Position numbers and translations under genes: made by a program. Positions 53,833 to 64,000 of a stretch of DNA of 64,000 bases are shown here, one piece after another. The notes under the pieces were generated by a model. The model was not told the origin of the DNA, did no database searches, and was given only the letters and a program-made list of their open reading frames with translations. This DNA comes from Octopus sinensis (Eukaryota), in contig NC_043018.1 of NCBI RefSeq assembly GCF_006345805.1, positions 5,270,001 through 5,334,000 of the forward strand, read 5' to 3'. How positions within the stretch are numbered: position 1 is the first letter of the stretch; each line of letters begins with the position of its first letter.

Positions 53833-55190
53833 AATTGAATCATTATCAGTCACTGTGATCTCCAGCTCTGTTGTATATTCTCAGCGGCTGGGTTTGCTCA
53901 AATCTCACTGATAACACACGGTGGTAAATACTGTTTCCATGTATGGATATAACTCAATGTTTAAAAATATTATAAACATTTCTAAGAAGGCGACTGTGGT
54001 GAACTTCTAGGTGTAAAATCTCGTGATTTCTGTTTTGAAAATTCTTTTAAAAGTAATTTCTCTCCATCTAGAAGAATATTGGTAGAATATGCGTTCTAAA
54101 TGGATTTTATCTGTTGTTGAAATTAAGGATTAGGAATATAAAGCAATTTTGAATTAAATCCTGTTGTGTACTTTATAAATATGTAAGAAATATGACTACG
54201 TTACACTGATGAAATTTGGTTTAATCAAAACAGCAATTTCTATGTACAAATATTGAAGGCTTTGTATTTCAATTGAAAATATCGACTCAAATTAAATAGT
54301 GGTTAGATTTACAATATATTCAATTAAGCTTATATATTTTACAAAAAAATGTATATATTATTAATTCTTGTTTAGATACTTCAGTCCCTCGAAATAGATA
54401 GAATCAAACAAGAAACAGAAAAAAACAGAAGCTAATTGTAAAAAATTTTATCTAGTAATTTCAAATTGGTTAAAAGTTATTTTCGGAATGTGTCTAAATA
54501 TTATAAAAACATATACAAAATAAAAGCCTTAATTAAATGCATCTAAAATATTTGAATTTTAGAGGCATGAAATTTCTGTAATAAATGTTATTATGGTTGG
54601 ATTAACGCAAATGTCAACCAAAGAAGACTACAGTGATATTCATTATATGACGGGTACGTTTGGGTGTATAGCTTTGCCACTAAGGGTAATATCAGAAAAT
54701 ATGGAACGCATGCAATAAAATTAATTTACTTTTATCAAATTTCTTGGAACTTATACAAAATAATGAAAGGAAGCATTTATTTTTAAAAGAAAGTTTATAT
54801 TACCTTAAAATAAAGTTAGATATTACAAAATTCTCATTTGGATAACTCCTCCTATAAATCCCCTATCAGTTGCTTCGCGTTCCTCTCCCCAATTCACTCC
54901 TATATATATATATGCAAAACAGTAGATGCCTCTAGCTGGTATGGAATATACACCCATGTGCACACACCAAATACGTTCGTATCTATGCGAGCATATATAT
55001 AATAGACCTTTATATAAATAAATAACGTGAAATACACGAAGGGACGAACAAAAAGACAAACGGGTCATTCAAAGCCTTCATTCTTCAGTCAGAAACTGAT
55101 CCCTCATCGCAGATTTCGGCTGTTTACGTATATATATACATATATACATACATATATATATATATACATATGTATATATAGTATATATAT

Positions 55191-55582
55191 TCTTTATTTC
55201 ACTTGTTTCAGTCATTTGACTGCGATTATGCTGGCTTGAGCACCGCCTTTAGTCGAAAAAATCGACCACAGGACTTATTCTTTGTAAGCCTAGTACTTTT
55301 TCTATCGATCTCTTTTGCCGAACCGCTGGTTTACAGGAACTTACACACACTAACATCGGTTGTCAAGCGAAGGTGGGAGGACAAACACAGATACACAAAC
55401 ATATACATATATAAATATATATATATATATATATATGACGCGCTTCTTTCAGTTTCCGTCTATCAAATCCACTCACAAGGCTATGGTGGGTCCGAGGCTA
55501 TAGTAGAAGACACTTGCCCAAGGTGCCACGCAGTGGGACTGAACCCGGAACCCGGATCCATGAGTTGGTTAGCAAGCTACTT
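55191..55582 (-). mobile_element. Near full-length SINE family B with internal microsatellite
   Basis: Same two modules as 21085-21652, separated by (TA)n at 55400-55437; extreme 5' end missing. Confidence 0.9.
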
Positions 55583-55897
55583 TATTTCATAAATTTGTCA
55601 TATAGATAGTACAAAGAGCTTTGCGGGCTGGACAAACACATTAATGAATGAAAATGAATTATAATGAATAAATGAGAGACGAAACCCAACAGCCGCCGAT
55701 TGGATTTTTCTGGAAAACATTTTTTTTAAAAAAATCAATATAAGGTTTCGAACCTTTTACAAGGAGGAGGCACTAAAACCTCTTACTTAACATATTTTCT
55801 TTTTTCTTTCTTAAAAGACAGAATTGAGGTTATAAACCATTACAAAATAGTCCAATAAGGTGAGGTTTCAAACTCTGTAACAAGGGTCTTTCACCTC

Positions 55898-57166
55898 CTA
55901 CTCTTCGATATATCCATCGTTATATTCATCATTATCTTCAATGCCGCTTGAGTTCCTGTATCCTGCCATTTCCCATGCCTCACTCATGTAGGACATGTAA
56001 GTCGTGTAAGGGCCACCCGGCCATATGCAACACTCCTCCTCAAATCCTTTAAGCCTTTCCCACAAGGGAAACCTTATGACCTCCACAGCTATCTGCGGAG
56101 GCCATTCGGGATCCCGTGTGAAGGGCATATCTACTGTTTCTTTAAATTCTTCTACTATTTCCCCCTCCCCGCCCTTGTAGAAAAAGATAATTAATTGATC
56201 ATCTTTAAGGGTGGGGGTGGTTTCTTCCACCGTGGGCGGCAAAACTTCGGGACATGCAGTCGGCACATCATCTCCCTGCTGAGATGTCCCGTTCTTCTTT
56301 CTTTTTTTCGTTTTCTTCCTGACTTCGGGAGAGTGGAGCCCTTCCGCTTTGTCCGGAGACTCTCCCCCGCCTCCCGAAGCCTTAGGTTCCTTTGGCGAGC
56401 AACTATTGTTGCCCGCCTTCTTCCTTTTTAATCCTTTTTGAGTTGAGGAGGCTGAAACCTCTTCGACCACATCTACCTCTCCCTTTGACCGGGTAGGGGA
56501 GGTGGCATCTGGTGAATGTTCCAGGACCTTACCATTGTCCTGGGGGCAGTTCCTTTCAATGTGGCCTGACTGCAGGCACGAGTGACACTTTGGGGGACGT
56601 CCTTCAAGTATCACCGGATACCTGCAGCCAGCCATTTTCAAGAAATCTGGAAAAACCAGTTCTGTTGCGGCCGATGGGGTCCACAGGGTCAAAATCGCTT
56701 TTGACCCTTCCCAATCGACCGCCTGCAATACTCTTACATTTAAGAGCCTGGGCCCGCCATCTCCCAGTCCCCGTCGGATGGTGTCTTCAATCCAATCCGC
56801 TTCGGTTCCCGGGAGGAACCCACATATCCAGGCTCGTATTAATTTTCTCCCACAATATGACGAGGAGGGAGAAACAGGGTTTCCTTGCTTCTAAAGGCTG
56901 ACTCGCAAACTGGCGAGCTTTTTCCCGTTGTCAACAGCAACCATACGGTTGTATGTTTGACACACCACGGGATATATATTTTACGAGGACAAATGTTCTT
57001 AAGTTCATTTTATGACTTGTTTTGGGAAGACGGTGATAGAATTAAGAACTTTAGAATATGTTCTGAGTACCACCGTCTTCTCTTCCATATCTTTTAACCA
57101 TTGCTTAGGCGAGTTAATTTCCCACTCTAAGACAGAGTTTTTCTTTTTAAGTTCCTTCTCTGCCAT
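55898..57166 (-). pseudogene. L1/Tx1-type ORF1 (gag-like, CCHC zinc knuckle); 5' third disrupted, 3' 276 codons open
   Basis: ATG at 57166 (MAEKELKKK..), stops or frameshifts between about 56890 and 57010, then open to TAG at 55898; CHSCLQSGHIERNC is CX2CX4HX4C and is followed by a basic, low-complexity tail typical of ORF1p. Confidence 0.75.
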
Positions 57167-58193
57167 GTCAAAAAATAGTTTAAAAGTATTTCAAAAGACA
57201 GTCTGTCAAAAAATTAAACCGAATAAAAATAAAACAAAATAAGGGGAGGGGAGGAAACTGGAATTAAAGTAATGAAAAAAATGAACCAAAAATTTTTAGA
57301 AAGAAAGAAATAATAGAAGGGAAAAAAAAAAGAAAAATCTCACAAATAGCACAGACAGGGAATCCTTTGTATAATACTCCAAAAAGGTAATCCAAATGGC
57401 TTATCTTTTTTTTTTTGGCGAAATGGTACAACAAGGCACCGATATTTACTGGAAAATAGCAATCGTAATAAATACGACGCTATTGTAAAGCTTCACTGCG
57501 TATATACTAGCAAAGACGCGTGTGTGCAACAAACATGATAAAAATTTGTCTTACCTCTAGGAAGAGCATATAAAAAATGGAAAACCTAGAATCGGATAAT
57601 GCAGGACCGGTTTCAGACTCTTCAAATACGTTTGACAACGTAGATTGATTTGTCTTCATCAGCTGCATATACCTAGACAATATTTCAAATGTTGCCACAT
57701 CTATGCCAGTACACTCGTCTGAATGCCAAAACGTTAACAGAACGATAACAGTGAAGAAGTTTCAATGAAAATAATAATGCAATACGAAAGTATTGCTTTC
57801 CAGTAAAAGATAGCCCGTAAGGGTAAAATTATACATTTAAAAATATAAATATATATATTAGAGGATGTCAAGTCCTCATTAGGGATTAAATAATCCCAAA
57901 ATTTCACTGGTTAATCACTATCATATAAGGAAAAAGTTGTTGTAGTTTAAATAATAATGTTAGTGTTTAATCCTTCCTAGAAATAAGATTGAATGAATGT
58001 GGTGATATCTAAGGTATGTTTGCTCACAATCAACACTTATTTTAGTGCTGTTGACACGGCCGGATTGAATGGTTCTGCCCAGGTGTCGAAACCATCGTGA
58101 TATCCGTGGAGCATCTGATGATAGGGGTATGTTGGGTTTGTGTGTATGGGCATTATTGTATGTGCGGAATAGCTTTATAACACATCCATTTTG

Positions 58194-58224
<31 letters not shown>

Positions 58225-58287
58225 GTGTTGTGTGTGTGTGTGGGTGTGTTGGTGTTTGTGTGTGGGTGGGTGTGTGTATATATATAT

Positions 58288-58591
58288 GGAGACGCAATGG
58301 CTAGGTGGTTAGGGCAGCGACTCGCGGTCGTAGGATCGCGGTTTCGATTCCAAGACCGGCGTTGTGAGTGTTTATTGAGCGAAAACACCTAAAAAGCTCC
58401 ACGAGGCTCCGGCAGTGGGGGTGGTGATCCCTGCTGTACTCTTTCACCACTCTTTCTCCCACTCTTTCTTCTGTTGGCTGAGCTCGCTTAGCCAGCGGGG
58501 TGGTGGCGTCATTCGAAGGCTAAAACAATGCGAACGCATTGTGACCAGTGATGGATGTAACTACATCTGATGGACTGGTCGGTCACGTGAT
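58288..58591 (+). mobile_element. tRNA-derived SINE family C (possibly related to octopus OR-type SINEs)
   Basis: A box TGGCTAGGTGG, B box GTTTCGATTCC, anticodon-like GACTCGC (Arg-TCG-like); second copy at 60461-60758. Confidence 0.88.
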
Positions 58592-59970
58592 GGGGATATA
58601 TATATATATATAATTTGTTTACAACAGGAAATATATAGTTGAAAATGTTCATATCGGAACAAAGGATACTTGCTCTATGTTTATAGCATAATACTGGATA
58701 TCGGATATGGGATAAAGCAATTAAAAAATACATAATAGAGTAATGATGTTGTGAACTATAAGAGAGGGTATAAGTTTCAATTATATGATATCATTGTCAG
58801 TTCGTTTTGAAATGTTTACAAAATTTCGCTACGAAACATAATATTCAAGCAAACACACCCCAATATACCAAATAACAATAACTATTTTAAGTTAATTACA
58901 CAGAAAACCGAGTCAAGTATGTACATTTACAAATTTATTTATATCCGTATTTTCATAACCACACCCACTGATAAAACCATTTTAGTGTAAATTTCTTACA
59001 TATTTTCTCTGTAGTAGAGAATCATCCTACAAGCAAAGGATGGAAGCAAATCATTTTTCGTTTCTCCTCTCACTATTTTGCATAAATTTTAACAGCGTCA
59101 AAGAAATTTCTTCATAATGGAATACGTTATCGGCAGAAATGTCGAAGACTTCTCATGTATAATCTAGGAGTATAAAATTACACGCTGTTACTCCCTTAAC
59201 CCTAAACTCTAAACCGAACCCTAAACCCTAAACCTAAACTCTAACATTAAACTATCAATAAAAGCTAGCATTAACCCTGAAAACAAAATTGAATATGGAA
59301 CCTTTCCTTAGTTTAGATATTTTGAGACCTGGAGCAAAAAGAAAAGAAAAAAAGCATTTAATTTTAAAATCCATTTCATTTACAAAATCGCAAACACTGC
59401 TGTTTGAAACAAGAATCTAAACAATATATTCGAAAAGTACTAAAATTTCAGAAGATAATTACTACAAAACTCCCCTAAGCAATGATAAGACGTCGGCTGT
59501 ACCAAACTTGTACAAGTGATGGAAGACTGAATGTACAAGATCATAGAAAAGATAATTGGAGATCTCTCCTTCAGCTTGTGGTGACAAGACTTCATCCATA
59601 GTTACTTTTGGATTTGAAAGAATGTAACGGGAAACATTAAATAGTTTCGTGCCCGTGCAACTACCGGTGGTTTACCACAAAGACTTGACTACAGGAAACA
59701 CTAAATTTTCGGCAAGAAAATATGCGATAGACAGTTATGCAATGTGTGTGTGTGTGAGTGTGTGTGTGTATGTGTGTGTGTGTGTGGTGTGTGTGTGTGT
59801 GGTGTGTGCGTGCGCACTACTAAGCATATAAGTGCGAAACAAATTGGTAAAAAGCAGGGTTCGAAAACCAAAGGTAGAGTAATATGGTAGTATTAAAACA
59901 ACAAAATGTTCCCAAGCTCTTACTCTACTCTCCGACGAGCGGAAGTGCGAAATTCTGAGTAATAGTGTGC

Positions 59971-60051
59971 TGTAATGCTTGCATTGCTCGATTAAATGGA
60001 CCCGCCTAAAACGGCCGCAATGCACTAATACATTGACATCCTTGCTACTTA
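59971..60051 (+). repeat. Solo copy of the terminus of the fold-back element at 60837-61337
   Basis: TGTAATGCTTGCATTGCTCGATTAAATGGACCCGCCTAAAACGGCCGCAATGCACTAATACATTGACATCCTTGCTACTTA. Confidence 0.85.
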
Positions 60052-60460
60052 CTGTTTTTATTTGTATTGTTTTTACTGTCCTGTTCTTGCTACTACTTTT
60101 ACCCCTCCGCATAAAATCCCAAATTTTATTTAATTTGCTTTGCGGGAAGGACTGTTTCAATGAAGTCGCGTTTTGTCCTTACTTTCGACACGCGGAGTAG
60201 ACGAAGCAGGGACAACTGACGAAGGGAAATATTCCTTGTGTTGTATGTCTTGTACTCTGTTTTTTTTTCGTTGTTTGAAAAAAGTTCGTTTCCATGATTT
60301 TGTTTCTAGGTTTTCGTTTCTCATTGTGTTCAACGTTTTTTGGTGTCCTCTACCCATATATGCATGTATATATACATATAGATGTAGGTATGTACATATA
60401 TGTATGCATATACGCATATGTTTATATATTATTTATGTTATTATATATATACATATATCA

Positions 60461-60757
60461 TTGTGACCGACCAGCCAATCAGATGTTGCTACAAATCGCT
60501 GGTCACAATGCGTTTCGCATTGTTTTAGCCTTCAAATGACGCCACCCCGCTGGCTAAGCGAGCAGGCCAACAGAAGAAAGAGTGAGAGAAAGTTGTGGCG
60601 AAAGCTTACAGCAGGGATTGCCACCACCTCCTGCCGGAGCCTTGTGGCGCTTTAGGTGTTTTCGCTCAATAAACACTCACAACGCCCGGTCTGGGAATCG
60701 AAACGGCGATTCTACAACCGCGAGTCCGCTGCCCTAACCACTGGACTATTACGCCTC

Positions 60758-60758
<1 letters not shown>
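60461..60758 (-). mobile_element. tRNA-derived SINE family C
   Basis: Reverse complement aligns end to end with 58288-58591. Confidence 0.88.
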
Positions 60759-60832
<74 letters not shown>

Positions 60833-60836
60833 GATG

Positions 60837-61337
60837 TAAGTAACAAGATATGAAAGCATTAGTGCATTACGGTCGTTTCAGGCGGCTCCATTTAATCGAA
60901 CAATGCAAGCATTGCATCAATTTGAAATACACCAACATCTTCGGATACAAAATATAGGATTTCGACACACGGGATACTCCATTATAATTTTTAACAAATA
61001 TTTCATCAGAACTAGAGAACGAAAGAAATACATGCTGCTACTATTTTAGCGGAATGAACTTAGAGAGAAAAATATCCCACTCTAAATTATAGTTGGATTA
61101 TTTTTCTCTCTACGTTCATTCCGCTACAATAGTAGCAGCATGTATTTCTTTCATTCTCTAGTTCTGATGAAATATTTGTTAAAAATTATAATGGAGTATC
61201 CTGTATGTTGATTACCTATATTTTGCATCCGAAGATAGCAGTGAATTTCAGTCTGTTGTAATGCTTGCATTGTTCGATTAAATGGAGCCGCCTGAAACGG
61301 CCGTAATGCACTAATACATTGACATCCTTGTTACTTA
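60837..61337. mobile_element. About 500-bp fold-back (palindromic) MITE-like element
   Basis: Arms 60837-61077 and 61095-61337; the inner 106 bp differ at only about 4 positions; starts TAAGTAACAAG and ends CTTGTTACTTA. Confidence 0.85.
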
Positions 61338-61821
61338 TTTGCTTTTTATTCACCTTACTTCGAGCTGTAATGATAATACCGGGCTGACTTTGTGCCTCAA
61401 ATCAAGTAATTTTAATTTCACACACACACAGACACACACACGCACACACACATACATACACACACACTCGCACACATGCATACAGACACACACATATGCA
61501 TATATATATATGTATATATATATATATGTATATATATGTACAGATGTGTATGTATATATGCGTATGTATATATACATACATTTATACATATGTATGTGAA
61601 TGTGTGATTATGTATATATGCTTGTGTGTATCTATATGTTATATGATTAGTAGAAGATACAACAGAAATAGAACTCAATACGTGGGAATAAAAAGTCCGC
61701 AATCAAATTTCCCACGAACTGGTTGTGGCAGCGATCGATATAAATTTATGACTTCCCATTATTTTTAAACAGAAAGTTTCAAATGTCACATATGATGCAA
61801 GAGTATCCTATACGGCAATTT

Positions 61822-62025
61822 CGTATGTGTGCATGTATGTATGTATGTATGTATGTATGTGTATGTATGTATGTATGTATGTATGTATGTATGTATGGAT
61901 GGATGGATGGATGGATTGATGGATGTATAGATGGAAGGATGCATGTATGTATGTATGTATGTATGTATGTATGTATGTATGTATATATGTATGTATGTAT
62001 GCATGTATGTATGTATGTATGCATG

Positions 62026-62059
<34 letters not shown>

Positions 62060-62097
62060 TGCATGTATGTATGTATGTATGTATGTATGTATGCATG

Positions 62098-62131
<34 letters not shown>

Positions 62132-62230
62132 TGTATGCATGTATGTATGTATGTATGCATGTATATATGTATGTATGTGTGTGTGTATGTATGTATGTAT
62201 GTAGGTAGGTATGGATGGATGGATGGATTA
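61822..62230. repeat. (GTAT)n/(GGAT)n array
   Basis: Direct inspection. Confidence 0.95.
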
Positions 62231-62443
62231 TTGAATTTATTTGCTTGCGTATGTGCACACGTAAATGTGTAGTTATATTATGCATCCACGTGTGGGGGAG
62301 GGTAGAAAGAGTGAGAGGGAGAGAGAGAGAGAGAGTCGGAGAGTCATCTACCCAGAAAAATATCTGCTCCAATATTTACTGACCGCATTTACTTCCCATA
62401 GCCCAGACTCACTACTCGACATTTCAAGATTTTTACCCAGTTC

Positions 62444-62543
62444 NNNNNNNNNNNNNNNNNNNNNNNNNNNNNNNNNNNNNNNNNNNNNNNNNNNNNNNNN
62501 NNNNNNNNNNNNNNNNNNNNNNNNNNNNNNNNNNNNNNNNNNN
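62444..62543. other. Assembly gap (100 N)
   Basis: Exactly 100 N, typical of a scaffolding placeholder of unknown true size. Confidence 0.98.
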
Positions 62544-62544
62544 T

Positions 62545-62821
62545 GAAAGGTGTTGGTGTTGCTGAGGGTGGTAATAAATGCTGGTGGTGGTGGTGGTGGC
62601 AGTGGAGGTGGTGGTGGTGGCAGTGGAGGTGGTGGTGGCAGTGGAGGTGGTGGTCGTGGTCGTGGCTGGTGGCGGTGACGGTGACGCTGTGTTCGTCTCT
62701 GCAGTGGTTGAGTCGGTGGCGATGATGACTGTGATGACAGTTGTTGGGGGAGTGGCTAAGTGGTGGTGGCCATGGAAATCGTAACGGAGGTGTTTGTGGA
62801 TATTGTGGTGGTGGTGATGAC

Positions 62822-62864
<43 letters not shown>

Positions 62865-63300
62865 GCGATGACGATGACGATGGTGGCGATAGTGGATATT
62901 TCGATTGTGGTGGTAGCGATTAGTGAGCTTATGTTAGTGATGATGATGAGGGTAGTGATTGTGGGGCGGTGGTGATTGACGGCGGGGGTGCCTGCTGGTG
63001 GTGATGGTGGAGATGATGATGGAGGTGGGAGCGAAGTGGGTGATGGTGCTGTTGTTGAGTTTTCTCTTTAATAAGACGGGTTAGCGTTTGAGTTGAGGGA
63101 GGTTTGTGCACTACTTCTTGTAAGGCTATCGACCACGTGGTGGTGGTCTTAGTAGGGCAACAATGACAAAGTGGAAATGGCGTGGATGGTTGTCAGGGTG
63201 ATGGTATGGCGGTGGTTATTAAGTGATGCTTACCTTCTTTCTTATGACGATGATGATGATGAGGATGCTGTTTGTAGTAGTAGCAGTCGTTGTCATCGTG

Positions 63301-63334
<34 letters not shown>

Positions 63335-63396
63335 AGTGCAAAGTGTGTTTTTTATTGTTTATTCTACGTTTTTTGTTGCTGTTCATCTTATTGCTC

Positions 63397-63449
<53 letters not shown>

Positions 63450-63538
63450 GTTGTCGTCGTTATTGTAGTTATTGTTCCACCAAATTTCAAGCCTTATGCC
63501 TATAGTAGAAAGGATTATTATTATTATTATTATCATCA

Positions 63539-63587
<49 letters not shown>

Positions 63588-63592
63588 CATCA

Positions 63593-63651
<59 letters not shown>

Positions 63652-63660
63652 GGTTAATTG
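62545..63660. repeat. Compound (GGT)/(GAT)/(CAT)/(ATT) low-complexity field, including an isolated SINE-A type-B tail at about 63478-63520
   Basis: CCACCAAATTTCAAGCCTTATGCCTATAGTAGAAAGG leads directly into (ATT)n. Confidence 0.9.
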
Positions 63661-64000
63661 CAAAGTGCTCATATGTTCACGCCACGAAAACCACTACCTT
63701 CAGGCTTTCTTTATCCTAATCACCACACCTTTTCAGATAACAATAAATCCAAACAACAACAACAAGGCACCTACATACTTCTCTCTCTCTCTCTACACAC
63801 ACACAGGCGCACACGCGAGCACACGCACGCACACATAAACGCAAACATACACGCACACGTTGTTTATTATTTCTTTTTTGCTTGGGTGAAGATTTCGTGG
63901 GGAAGGGACCGAACGGCGTTCGGCAGTAGCAGATTTCTTTTCATTTTTTAAATTTCTTTGTTAATTTTTAACTATTTTTTTCTTTCTCTCTTTTTCTCTC

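Noticed and set aside
54200-54240. CTGATGA at about 54205, and similar cores at 58117 and 60216
   Set aside because: No correctly placed GAAA box or no paired helices.
58580-58592. SINE-C end CACGTGAT matching the Dong-like LINE end
   Set aside because: Only 8 nt are shared and the second SINE-C copy ends CACAATGAT.

Overview
Repeat-dominated metazoan DNA in which I cannot recognise any host protein-coding exon. The density of (TA)n, (CA)n, (TATG)n and trinucleotide arrays, together with the SINE families present, points to an octopus (coleoid cephalopod) genome. This is an inference and the species cannot be determined here. Nearly all long ORFs in the track are microsatellite read-throughs. 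Real coding signal is limited to decayed transposon remnants: Tc1/mariner (DD34D, DD37D-like, Tc1), CR1/L2-group, L1/Tx1-group (ORF1 and ORF2 pieces), an R4/Dong-like element with a restriction-like endonuclease, and a Penelope-like fragment. The window also holds three tRNA-derived SINE families (labelled A, B and C here), two non-autonomous Helitrons, a hAT MITE, two inverted-repeat elements and a 100-N gap. The most interesting signals are relationships between elements. (1) Three full-length SINE-A copies have target-site duplications (TSDs) that all begin with GGTA. (2) The SINE-A tail resembles the 3' end of the Tx1-like LINE, and the SINE-B tail matches the 3' end of the CR1-like LINE, suggesting two SINE-LINE partnerships. 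(3) A minimal Penelope-type hammerhead ribozyme motif lies at 43193-43227. (4) An ORF1-only (HAL1-like) LINE derivative lies at 55581-57166. All alignments were done by eye and no database searches were run.
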